Source: a virus
Lineage: Duplodnaviria; Caudoviricetes
Virus record (IMG/VR): IMGVR_UViG_3300028025_003938
Span: 1 to 52,238 of that record
DNA length: 52,238 nucleotides
Direction: 5' to 3' (one strand)
Shown here: positions 7,206 through 15,578 of the stretch, piece by piece
How the letters are laid out: every line of letters begins with the position of its first letter
How positions within the stretch are numbered: the stretch's first letter is position 1
Made by a program: the position numbers and the translations under genes
The notes under the pieces: model-generated
Databases searched by the model: none
The model's input: the letters and a program-made list of their open reading frames with translations, nothing else
What the model was told of the DNA's origin: nothing

Positions 7206-8393
7206 ATGCGGCGCTTCATACAAGCCTTAAGTAAGTTTGGGCTTTATTGCGGACTCGCTATCGCTTGGGTTGGACCTGCGTACGCCAACAGCAATCCGAT
7301 AATTACGCAGCCAACGGACTTCTGGTTTGAGTACACAGAAGAAACGCATTTCGTTGCTCGTACTTTTCAATCGGGCGACTTGCTGAGCGATCCTCAACTG
7401 TGGTTGTACAACGACGTTACAGGTGTGCTCATCGTTGAGAACGACGACTTCTTCGGACTTCAATCAAATATCGAACTTGATCTTCCTGCTGGCCGTTATC
7501 GGTTGCGTGCTGGTACTTGCTGTTATGAGCCTGATGTGTGGCGTGACGGTATTCAATGGAATATCCAATACGAGTTGTCATTCAATGGGTTACAAAGTAA
7601 CCCGGCAACAACGAGCACCGAACCGGAAACGACTACTAGCACCGAACCGGAAACAACAACGACGACTAGCACGAGCACGACCAGCACCACTACAGAGCCT
7701 GCTACGACAACTACAAGCACAGAGCCGAGTACCACAACTACACTTGTACAAACTACGACGACCAGTGAGGTGACGATATCGCTCCCACCAGAAGCATCTA
7801 CGACGACGACCCAAGCCGAGTTGCCTACCACAACTTCGTCGCTTGGAGTACAACCATCAACGACCTCGCCGACTACATCAACAACCTCTACGATTCCGGT
7901 AGCACCGCCGAGTGCGACGACGACCTCAACGACGACTACCACAACGACGACACCAGAATCCATAGATGGTCCGACGACAGAGCCTACTACTGCCCCAACA
8001 ACGACTGTCCCTGTCACTGAATCAACTATCGTTGAAAGCCTGCCAGAAGAAGCCTCGCCCGAAGAGATCGTTACTTATCTTCAAGACTTAACAACAGACG
8101 ATCTTGCGAACCTCACCGACACGCAAACAGAAGAACTCATAGCCACTATCGCCGGCGCAGAACTTACCGATGAGCAGGCAGAACAGATCGCTGAAGCACT
8201 CTCAGAAGCACCCTCGGAAGTCAAGCAGCAATTTGAAGAAACGATCAACGTCTTCGGCGGTCAGTTTGATACTTATGTTCCTGACGGCTCAACGATCTCA
8301 GTCGGCGCTCGTCGTGCTGTCGTCGCCGTTACAGCCGTCGCTTTTATGCTGCCAGCACCCGTTCCTACGACTCAATCAAGGAGATTGAAGTGA
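7206..8393 (+). CDS. Secreted or surface mucin-like protein: signal peptide, PPC-like beta domain, long Thr/Ser/Pro stalk, C-terminal hydrophobic anchor
   Basis: GGGAG RBS; signal MRRFIQALSKFGLYCGLAIAWVGPAYA; DPQLWLY..ENDD..LPAGRYRLRA; TTTSTEP repeats; AVVAVTAVAFML. Confidence 0.8.
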   Translation: MRRFIQALSKFGLYCGLAIAWVGPAYANSNPIITQPTDFWFEYTEETHFVARTFQSGDLLSDPQLWLYNDVTGVLIVENDDFFGLQSNIELDLPAGRYRLRAGTCCYEPDVWRDGIQWNIQYELSFNGLQSNPATTSTEPETTTSTEPETTTTTSTSTTSTTTEPATTTTSTEPSTTTTLVQTTTTSEVTISLPPEASTTTTQAELPTTTSSLGVQPSTTSPTTSTTSTIPVAPPSATTTSTTTTTTTTPESIDGPTTEPTTAPTTTVPVTESTIVESLPEEASPEEIVTYLQDLTTDDLANLTDTQTEELIATIAGAELTDEQAEQIAEALSEAPSEVKQQFEETINVFGGQFDTYVPDGSTISVGARRAVVAVTAVAFMLPAPVPTTQSRRLK

Positions 8394-8560
8394 AACTTAT
8401 TAAAGAATTGCACGCGCAAGTATGGACTCTTTGCGGAGTCGCCTTAGTTTTGATAACACTTAGCGGAGCGACACTCTCAAAAGCCGCTTGGACATTCGGC
8501 GTAAGCCTCGTCCTACATTTCGCCGGCGCTTTGCTTACAAAAGATAACCACTCGGAGTGA
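8390..8560 (+). CDS. 56 aa two-TM membrane protein (not in the ORF track)
   Basis: GTGA overlap, GGAG RBS; MKLIKELHAQVWTLCGVALVLITLSGATLSKAAWTFGVSLVLHFAGALLTKDNHSE. Confidence 0.7.
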   Translation: MKLIKELHAQVWTLCGVALVLITLSGATLSKAAWTFGVSLVLHFAGALLTKDNHSE

Positions 8561-8589
8561 CCCACAAGTTGTCCACAGTTTGTTAGGCT
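8558..8589 (+). promoter_or_regulatory. DnaA-box-like pair next to an extended -10 promoter
   Basis: TGACCCACA (8558-8566), TTGTCCACA (8569-8577, actinobacterial DnaA consensus), TGtTAGGCT (8581-8589). Confidence 0.45.
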
Positions 8590-8616
8590 AAACCGAACTT
8601 GACAGATCGGACCGTT

Positions 8617-8865
8617 ATGCCTGACGACAAACGTCTATCTTCTGCAATCAATAATTACGGCAAGTCACACGGCGCTCGTGTCTGTGGTGTTCAGCGTGCG
8701 CTTGACGAACTTACCGGAACCGATGTTGAAGACTTGACCGAAGCATTGAAAGATCGTTCAATTACTAATAAGTCAATTTCGCTTGCGTTAGCCGATAGAG
8801 ATATTGATCTCAGTATTGATGTGCTTAAGCGACACCGCCGAGGAGAATGTGCTTGTGAGTCTTAA
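8617..8865 (+). CDS. Small HTH or Zn-binding protein
   Basis: N-terminal CGV and C-terminal RHRRGECAC; precedes the phosphoesterase. Confidence 0.7.
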   Translation: MPDDKRLSSAINNYGKSHGARVCGVQRALDELTGTDVEDLTEALKDRSITNKSISLALADRDIDLSIDVLKRHRRGECACES

Positions 8866-10006
8866 AGACGAAATAGAACGAGAGAACGCATCTACTTCAA
8901 AGAAACTTTCTCTTGGTCGTATCGCAGAACTATTAGACCGGAACGGTATTGACATCGACGAGATCGGTGCAATCAAACGAGTCTCGCTATATCAAGCCGT
9001 TACGAAAGATACAGAAACCGGAGAAGCATCGGTTCACGATCTTACGGGTATTCAGTTTTCTCCGAAATGGGAGACAGGTCCTGAGTGGCCAGTAATCCAG
9101 CCGGGACCGGCAATTAAGATCTCTGCACCAAAGGCAACCAAAACTCGTTCTGGCTGGCCCGTCGCCGTCGTCCTACCGGATATTCAATGCGGCTACTTCA
9201 CCGCCGCAGACGGCTCATTAGAAGCGATACACGACGAACGAGCAATTAGTGTTGCGTTATCTATTTTAAGTGACGTTAATCCTGATCTCGTCGTTCTTGT
9301 CGGCGACAATCTTGACTTTGCCGAACTCGGAAAGTACATCGTCACCAAGGCTTATCAACAAACAACACAAGCGACTATTGACAGAGCAACAAAACTCGCT
9401 GCCGAAATACGATCAGCCGCACCAAACGCAAAGATTATCTGGCTGGCAGGCAACCACGAAGAACGCTTACCGAAGTTCTTGTTGCAAAACGCCGCTGCTG
9501 CTTTTGGATTAAAGCGAGGCAACCTTCCCGATTCATGGCCAGTGATGAGTGTTCCGTATCTATGCCGACTTGACGAAGTCGATATTGAGTATCGCCCCGG
9601 TTATCCGGCATCGTCGGTATGGATTACCGAACGCTTAAGAGTTATCCACGGAGATCGTGTTGCAAGCGGCGGTTCAACGGCACACAAGTATCTCAGTCAA
9701 GAGAAGTCGTCGGTTATCTACGGTCATATTCATCGGCGAGAATGGGCAGAACGTACTCGTGAAGATCACGACGGACCGAAGACGGTTCTAGCGGCTAGCC
9801 CCGGTTGTTTGTGTCGGGTTGACGGCGCTGTTCCAAGTACACGAGGCGGCACCGACTTAGAGGGAAGACCGCTTACACGATACGAAGATTGGCAACAAGG
9901 TTTAGCCGTTATTCCGTACGACTTAGAAACAGGTAACTTCTGCTATGAACAGGTAGCGATTCACGACGGGTGGGCGATGTACAGAGGCAAGGAATACAAA
10001 GCATGA
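8855..10006 (+). CDS. Calcineurin-like metallophosphoesterase
   Basis: Motifs PDIQ, GDNLD, GNHE, IHGD, GHIH; AGGAGA RBS. Confidence 0.88.
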   Translation: MSLKDEIERENASTSKKLSLGRIAELLDRNGIDIDEIGAIKRVSLYQAVTKDTETGEASVHDLTGIQFSPKWETGPEWPVIQPGPAIKISAPKATKTRSGWPVAVVLPDIQCGYFTAADGSLEAIHDERAISVALSILSDVNPDLVVLVGDNLDFAELGKYIVTKAYQQTTQATIDRATKLAAEIRSAAPNAKIIWLAGNHEERLPKFLLQNAAAAFGLKRGNLPDSWPVMSVPYLCRLDEVDIEYRPGYPASSVWITERLRVIHGDRVASGGSTAHKYLSQEKSSVIYGHIHRREWAERTREDHDGPKTVLAASPGCLCRVDGAVPSTRGGTDLEGRPLTRYEDWQQGLAVIPYDLETGNFCYEQVAIHDGWAMYRGKEYKA

Positions 10007-10281
10007 AACACCAACTGATTCAGGTGACATGGCACGACGCTCACGCAGTAGCCGAAACGTGGACGACCAGAGACGACGTTGACGACGAGCCGTGCGTTGT
10101 TACTTCAATTGGTTATTTAATCGCCGGCGTAAAAGCCAATCACGTTGTTATTTCTCAATCGCTAATTGTTGGCGAAAGCAATCATATGGATCATGTAATT
10201 GCGATACCAAACGGAATGATTAAGCGTATTGACCGATTAAAAGTTTCTACGCTGCTACCGCTTGAAAGCGTTGAAGAGTAA
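10003..10281 (+). CDS. Hypothetical protein (VxWxDAH type)
   Basis: ATGA overlap; QVTWHDAH..VTSIGYL..IAIPNGMI pattern. Confidence 0.75.
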   Translation: MKHQLIQVTWHDAHAVAETWTTRDDVDDEPCVVTSIGYLIAGVKANHVVISQSLIVGESNHMDHVIAIPNGMIKRIDRLKVSTLLPLESVEE

Positions 10282-10578
10282 TTACCGGAAGAGTTCTTCG
10301 TCAGAGATCATGTCTCGGCGTGGTGGTTGTGGTTTGGACTTGAGTCCGTTGCTGGCAAGAACGCCGCTTAACGCACCACTCAAAAACAATGTGATCGGAA
10401 TAAGCACACCGTCAAGAAACGCTTTGTCGTTTGGTGATTGAGTCATCGGTTGCGTAACGAATACCAAAGCCCAAAGCACTGCAAACACGATCATCACAAA
10501 CGTTGCACAAAGCGCAAGCCCAACGGCCAGCACGAGCCGTGCGTGTATTTCTTCCGGTGCGTAACGTTTACGGCTCAT
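10282..10578 (-). CDS. Two-TM membrane protein
   Basis: MSRKRYAPEEIHARLVLAVG...; two hydrophobic helices; coupled to the upstream lipoprotein. Confidence 0.8.
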   Translation of the reverse strand: MSRKRYAPEEIHARLVLAVGLALCATFVMIVFAVLWALVFVTQPMTQSPNDKAFLDGVLIPITLFLSGALSGVLASNGLKSKPQPPRRDMISDEELFR

Positions 10579-10769
10579 TTGGATTCTCCCCATACAAGAG
10601 TTTCGGAACAGTTACCTGTTGGTTCACAGATTGGCGGCTTGCACTCTGCTAGTTCCCAATTCGCCGGGTCTTGACAGGTGTAACGATATTTGCCGTCGTA
10701 TCCGCACGACGAAGCAATAGCAGTTAAAACAACAACTGCAACGCAAGAAGAAACAAGTCGCATCGGCAT
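10575..10769 (-). CDS. Small Cys-rich lipoprotein
   Basis: Signal with lipobox-like ASSC; YRYTCQDPANW..ECKPPICEPTGNC; leaderless promoter TGaTATGTT-N6-ATG. Confidence 0.75.
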   Translation of the reverse strand: MPMRLVSSCVAVVVLTAIASSCGYDGKYRYTCQDPANWELAECKPPICEPTGNCSETLVWGESK

Positions 10770-10862
10770 AAAGCCAACATATCAGTCACGAGATTATTTC
10801 TATTGGAAGTTTCTTATTAACCTACAACGGCTCTGAGAACGATGTGTTTAGGATTAGCAGCG

Positions 10863-11507
10863 ATGGCACGTTCAACGAAACTCGCAGACCTCATGGTTAA
10901 AGAGACAAGTGGCGTGGATCACCCTGCTCATCTTCACGAAGGCTGGCTAGTCATGAAGTCGGAAGACCTCTCTGCTACTCTTGAAGAACTTACTGATGTT
11001 AATAAGGAGACGAATATGGATCTGGAAATTACTCAACCCGAATCTTTGGAAGTTGAAAAGTCTTCCGATACTGAAGACATTCGCAAAGAATTGTTTGACT
11101 TGCGTAAGCAGTTAGACGACGCTCGTAAAGAAACAGAAATTATGAAGAGCGTTCGCTTGTTAGAAAAGGCTACTGAGACCGCTAACGGCTGGTCAATTCT
11201 GCCCGAACTAAACGCCGCTGAGTTTGCTCCGGTCTTGTGTTCACTACGAGAAGAACTTCCGCTTGAGGCTTTGATTATCGAAAAAGTTCTTGAGGCTTCA
11301 GCCGTGGCGCTGCGTGAATCCGGTTTGTTAAAAGAACTCGGAACCACCACACCGGCAAACGATGCAGACGCATGGTCAACGATCTCCGCACAAGCAAACC
11401 AACTTGTCAGCGAAGGACGAGCACCAACGTTCGCAAAAGCAGTAACAATTGTTGCTGGCGCAAACAAAGATCTATACAACCAATACCTGATTGAGAAAGG
11501 CCGCTGA
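10863..11507 (+). CDS. Scaffolding protein with an N-terminal protease fragment
   Basis: Upstream of capsid genes; acidic coiled coil; ETSGVDHPAH..GWLVMKS resembles the XkdF/HK97-protease E-x-S-x-VD-x-P-A-N strand. Confidence 0.75.
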   Translation: MARSTKLADLMVKETSGVDHPAHLHEGWLVMKSEDLSATLEELTDVNKETNMDLEITQPESLEVEKSSDTEDIRKELFDLRKQLDDARKETEIMKSVRLLEKATETANGWSILPELNAAEFAPVLCSLREELPLEALIIEKVLEASAVALRESGLLKELGTTTPANDADAWSTISAQANQLVSEGRAPTFAKAVTIVAGANKDLYNQYLIEKGR

Positions 11508-11509
11508 AC

Positions 11510-11893
11510 ATGGCTTACGAAGGCGCACAAATTAAACTCGGCAATCTTGTTGCCGCTGCTGACTTATCTGCAAAGCAGTTTTACTTCGTCAAGTTGGCTT
11601 CTGCCACGACTGTGAACGTTTGCTCAGGTGTCACTGACAAGCCGATCGGCGTATTGCAGAACACCCCAAAGAGTGGTCAATCCGCTGAGATCGTTCTGTT
11701 CGGTATCTCGAAGGTGAGTTCAGATGGAACGACCGCCGCTGGCGATCTTCTCGGAACTTCCGCTGACGGTCAAGCCGCTGTCTACACCTCAAGCGACACC
11801 ACCAAGTTCGTCTGTGGTCAAGCGATTGAAGCCGGCGCTGCTGGCAACGTCGTCACTGCTTTTATCAACATCACCAACTCACGCTTCGTCTGA
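11510..11893 (+). CDS. Capsid cement/decoration protein (DUF2190-like)
   Basis: AAADLSAKQFYFVK, PIGVLQNTPKSGQ, GQAIEAGAAG; between scaffold and MCP. Confidence 0.8.
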   Translation: MAYEGAQIKLGNLVAAADLSAKQFYFVKLASATTVNVCSGVTDKPIGVLQNTPKSGQSAEIVLFGISKVSSDGTTAAGDLLGTSADGQAAVYTSSDTTKFVCGQAIEAGAAGNVVTAFINITNSRFV

Positions 11894-11913
11894 TCTACTA
11901 AGGAGATACAGAA

Positions 11914-12864
11914 ATGCCTCAGCCCACACAGAACCAAGTCCATATTGATGCGGTGCTCACTAACCTGAGCGTCGCATACATGAACGAAGTTGACAACTTT
12001 GTTGCTTCAAAAGTGTTCCCAACTGTTTCGGTGAACAAGCAATCGGACTTGTACTTCACATACTCGCAAGCAGACTTCTACCGTGATCAGGCGCAATATC
12101 GTGCTGACGGTACTGAGTCGGCTGGTAGCGGTTACTCGTTGTCAACCGGTACTTACTCGTCAAGTGTTTGGGCTTTGCACAAAGATATTGGCGATCAGGT
12201 TCGTGCGAATAGCGACTCGCCACTTGATCCGGACATGGACGCCACCAAGTTCCTCGCTCATCAGATGATGATTCGTCAAGAGCGTGACTGGGCTAGCAAG
12301 TTCTTCACCACTTCGGTGTGGGGAACCGACGCTACGCCGTCAACCTTGTGGGACGCATCGGGTTCAGATCCGATCGGTGACATTCAGACCGGTGTTAATA
12401 CCGTTCTGAGCAACACCGGATACTTGCCTAACACGCTCGTGCTTTCGTACGCAGCATACAAGACTCTCCGTAACCACTCAGACTTCGTTGATCGTTACAA
12501 GTACACCTCAGCCGACAGCATCACGCCTGAACTCATCGGCAAGGTTCTTGACGTTCCTCGTGTCATGGTTATGAAGGGCGTCTACAACTCAGCGCAGGAA
12601 GGTGCTTCGGCAACCTACGCTCAGATGGGCGACAAGGACGCACTCTTGTGCTACGTCGCACCGGCTGCCGGAATCATGACTGCTTCTGCTGGATACAACT
12701 TCGTTTGGAACGGCGTTGGCGGCGGACTCGGAACTTCAACCGCTGTGAGCCGTTTCCGTATGGATCACTTGCGTGCTGATCGTCTTGAAATTGAATCCGC
12801 TTGGGACTTCAAGGCTGTTGGTACACCGCTCGGTTACTTCTTCAGCAACTGCGTCACGGCGTAA
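11914..12864 (+). CDS. Major capsid protein
   Basis: 316 aa; HIDAVLTNLSVAY..FVASKVFP..; PNTLVLS; AAGGAG RBS; position. Confidence 0.9.
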   Translation: MPQPTQNQVHIDAVLTNLSVAYMNEVDNFVASKVFPTVSVNKQSDLYFTYSQADFYRDQAQYRADGTESAGSGYSLSTGTYSSSVWALHKDIGDQVRANSDSPLDPDMDATKFLAHQMMIRQERDWASKFFTTSVWGTDATPSTLWDASGSDPIGDIQTGVNTVLSNTGYLPNTLVLSYAAYKTLRNHSDFVDRYKYTSADSITPELIGKVLDVPRVMVMKGVYNSAQEGASATYAQMGDKDALLCYVAPAAGIMTASAGYNFVWNGVGGGLGTSTAVSRFRMDHLRADRLEIESAWDFKAVGTPLGYFFSNCVTA

Positions 12865-12879
12865 TTAGGAGACTGAACA

Positions 12880-13305
12880 ATGGCTCTCAATCGACTCACT
12901 CGTGGTACTGCAATCGTCGGTGCTCTTGACGTAACAGGTCCAGCACGTTTGCGTGGCACTGCAAGCGTCAAGCGTACTGCGGCAACTATTGCTGACGGTG
13001 CGTCAATGACTGCCACTGCGGCTCATATCGTTACCAACACTCTCGTCACTGCAACGCCGACGACTGCTCGTGCTGTAACAACAGCAACTGGTGCGGAGAT
13101 TATTGCTTTGCTCGCTGGTGAACAAGTTGGCGACTGCACAGAGTTTACTATCGTGAACCTTGCTGCTTCGGCTGCGACTATCACGCTGACCGCTGGTGCT
13201 TCCGGCGTGACGCTTGTTGGTTTGGCAACCGTTCCTGCTGCAACTTCGGGTACTTGGTTGGTTCGTTACGACTCAGCATCGGGCGTTACTTTCTACCGCA
13301 AGTAA
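12880..13305 (+). CDS. Putative virion decoration protein
   Basis: Ala/Thr-rich beta protein directly after the MCP, with AGGAG RBS. Confidence 0.7.
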   Translation: MALNRLTRGTAIVGALDVTGPARLRGTASVKRTAATIADGASMTATAAHIVTNTLVTATPTTARAVTTATGAEIIALLAGEQVGDCTEFTIVNLAASAATITLTAGASGVTLVGLATVPAATSGTWLVRYDSASGVTFYRK

Positions 13306-13324
13306 TAAAACTTTTGGTACGGCA

Positions 13325-13370
13325 CTAGAAGCCGGTTCTGGTGTGGTGCTCACATCAGGACCGGCTTTAG
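13325..13370 (+). terminator. Long stem-loop after the capsid genes (terminator or mRNA stabiliser)
   Basis: GAAGCCGGTTCTGGTGTG-GTGCT-CACATCAGGACCGGCTTT, about 18 bp with G-U pairs. Confidence 0.7.
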
Positions 13371-13389
13371 TCGTTATTGGAGATAACTC

Positions 13390-13692
13390 ATGAACAACAC
13401 AAGCAATACAAACCCGGTTCTGTCTGTGAAACTTACAGGCTCAGATCAAGTGATCGCTAATGCGAAAGTATTTCTCGGCGCAACATTAATTAATGAATCG
13501 GGTGCGAGCGCAAGATTCCATGTTCACAACGGCTCGTCTGCTGATGCCGCTAATCCGATTATCGCAGGTTTGTCTCAAGCGACATTGACCTATGGCAACG
13601 TGTGGTACGGACCGAATGGTATTGCTTGCCCGAACGGTGTCTTCGTTGACGCTGTAGCAGGTACCTTTAGTGGATCAGTTTTTTACCGCTGA
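13390..13692 (+). CDS. Hypothetical virion protein
   Basis: 100 aa, GGAG RBS, in the head operon. Confidence 0.7.
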   Translation: MNNTSNTNPVLSVKLTGSDQVIANAKVFLGATLINESGASARFHVHNGSSADAANPIIAGLSQATLTYGNVWYGPNGIACPNGVFVDAVAGTFSGSVFYR

Positions 13693-13698
13693 TATCTG

Positions 13699-14190
13699 AT
13701 GACATGGACTTACGGCGGCGACCCGTCTGCTAACGCTAAAGACGCAATCCGGTTTCTTATCGGCGACACAGATACAACGGATCAACTCTTAAGCAACGAA
13801 GAGATTCTGTGGGTAAACACTGAGGCTTCCGGTACTACGACTGGCACGAACGCTTTGTACGACGCTGCGTATCGTTGCTGTTTAACTATCGCATCTAAGT
13901 TGGCTCGTCTTGCCGATAAGCAGATCGGGGACTTGAATGTGAAGTTGTCGCAGAAAGCACAAGGCTATTTAACTCAGGCTGCACAATTTAACAAGATGGC
14001 ACAAGTTCAGAACTTCGTACCAATTCCTTACGCCGGTGGAATCTCTATCAGCGATAAAGAAATTGACGAAGATAACACTGATTCGGTTAGACCATATTTC
14101 AGTTCAGGTCAATTCCAAAACGTCGCCGATGGTGGTGGAATCCAAGAACAAACCGGAGTTCAATACTTTGGACAGGGCGCTGACACATGA
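13699..14190 (+). CDS. Head-tail adaptor/connector
   Basis: MTWTY..DAIRFLIGDTD..QLLSNEEI pattern. Confidence 0.8.
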   Translation: MTWTYGGDPSANAKDAIRFLIGDTDTTDQLLSNEEILWVNTEASGTTTGTNALYDAAYRCCLTIASKLARLADKQIGDLNVKLSQKAQGYLTQAAQFNKMAQVQNFVPIPYAGGISISDKEIDEDNTDSVRPYFSSGQFQNVADGGGIQEQTGVQYFGQGADT

Positions 14191-14537
14191 CGGCCATAGA
14201 TATGTTTATGACCGAACTTTTGCAACTTGCGACGCAGACTGTAACTATTACGCCTCGCTCGTCTATTAACTCGTACGGCGAAGTCTTGAACGCTGGAAGT
14301 GGTACGACTTACAAGGCTTACGTACAGAAAATATCTGCGAGCCAGCGTAATAGCACTTCAGATCAAACGGCTGTGGAATACATCGCTTATATTCCGTCAA
14401 CGTCGTATGCGCCGTCTACTGATGATGTTCTTACCGTTAGCGGCGTGACCAGAGTGATCGTTGAAGTCGATGTTCGGTCAGACGAGTTCGGGCAACAATG
14501 TGTCGTGCTCGCTTTAGGTGAACCGAGACGCAACTAA
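14187..14537 (+). CDS. Head closure/stopper protein
   Basis: QTVTI..NSYGE..; size and synteny. Confidence 0.7.
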   Translation: MTAIDMFMTELLQLATQTVTITPRSSINSYGEVLNAGSGTTYKAYVQKISASQRNSTSDQTAVEYIAYIPSTSYAPSTDDVLTVSGVTRVIVEVDVRSDEFGQQCVVLALGEPRRN

Positions 14538-15019
14538 TGGCTAAGCCTGTGACTATCAAAATTAAGTCTCAGAATATGGCTGAGATTCGTCGTGGCTTAT
14601 TGGCTGATGCTGAAGGTGTTTCTCTTGCGCTGCGTGCCGGATTAAAGAACATGGCTGAAGATATCAGTAACGAAAGCGAACAACTCGTTCCGGTTGACGA
14701 AGGTATTCTGCGTACTAGCAGAAGCATTGACGAAACGAACATAGGAACGACGTACCAGATTGAAGTCGGCTATGGAAATAGTGCGACGCCTTACGCTCTC
14801 GTGCAGCATGAACGCCTTGACTTCTGGCACCCACCAAAACCACCAGCAAAAAGCAAAGTCGGTGGGCGTCAAGGAACCGGACCCGGTATTGATCCAACAA
14901 CAGGGCGAGGACCGAAATATCTTGAACGCCCGTTCAAAAAATATACGGCGAACTTTGCCGAAACTTTAACGGCGTATGTTCGTAAGCATTACCAACTTGG
15001 AACAGGTCGTGGCTCGTGA
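14537..15019 (+). CDS. HK97 gp10-like neck/tail-completion protein
   Basis: VPVDEGILRTS, PYALVQHE, KYLERP. Confidence 0.85.
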   Translation: MAKPVTIKIKSQNMAEIRRGLLADAEGVSLALRAGLKNMAEDISNESEQLVPVDEGILRTSRSIDETNIGTTYQIEVGYGNSATPYALVQHERLDFWHPPKPPAKSKVGGRQGTGPGIDPTTGRGPKYLERPFKKYTANFAETLTAYVRKHYQLGTGRGS

Positions 15020-15411
15020 GCACCCTCGTAGATATCGCAACGTATCTTGATTCACAACAAGCGTCTCTCACGCTTGGCACTAATTTGTTTCTTGGCCGTA
15101 TGCCCGATTCACCGGATACTTGTGTTGCGCTTTACGAGTACGGCGGTTCCGCACCGGATAACACGATGGGCACCGGACTTCCGGTATTACAGAATCCAAG
15201 CGTACAGATCAACGTGCGTGCTGCGTTATATGCGACGGCTGAAAGTTTAATTAATTCTTGTTGGGGAACTCTTGAAGGTATTATCAACACCTCGTTATCG
15301 GGCACAAGATATAACCGTATGACAGCGATTCAATCGCCGTTTGTTCTTGAACGAGACAGCCAAGATCGTGTTATTTTCGTACAGAACTTTAATGTCACTA
15401 GAGAGTTCTGA
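15016..15411 (+). CDS. Tail terminator (minor capsid family)
   Basis: LGTNLFLGRMPDSPD, PSVQINVR, QSP..LERD..R..FVQNF. Confidence 0.8.
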   Translation: MSTLVDIATYLDSQQASLTLGTNLFLGRMPDSPDTCVALYEYGGSAPDNTMGTGLPVLQNPSVQINVRAALYATAESLINSCWGTLEGIINTSLSGTRYNRMTAIQSPFVLERDSQDRVIFVQNFNVTREF

Positions 15412-15578
15412 TGAGCGCCGATCCGTATGCGGAGACGCGACTTGTACCGGAGCAAGAACGTTCTACACGCACGAGCGTACGCTGCGGTAATTGTGGAAAG
15501 TTGCTTGCTGAGATGGTTACTTCGCCGTGGCGTATTCGTTGCCCACGCTGCAAAGAGATCAACGAGTCAGCGAATTAA
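15411..15578 (+). CDS. Mu Com-like zinc-finger translational regulator, 55 aa (not in the ORF track)
   Basis: TGATG overlap; MSADPYAETRLVPEQERSTRTSVRCGNCGKLLAEMVTSPWRIRCPRCKEINESAN carries the Com signature RCxxCxKLL...IxCPRCKxxN. Confidence 0.85.
   Translation: MSADPYAETRLVPEQERSTRTSVRCGNCGKLLAEMVTSPWRIRCPRCKEINESAN

Noticed and set aside
7553-8017. Val-rich 154 aa minus-strand ORF
   Set aside because: Antisense shadow of the Thr-rich ACN codons in the mucin-like gene
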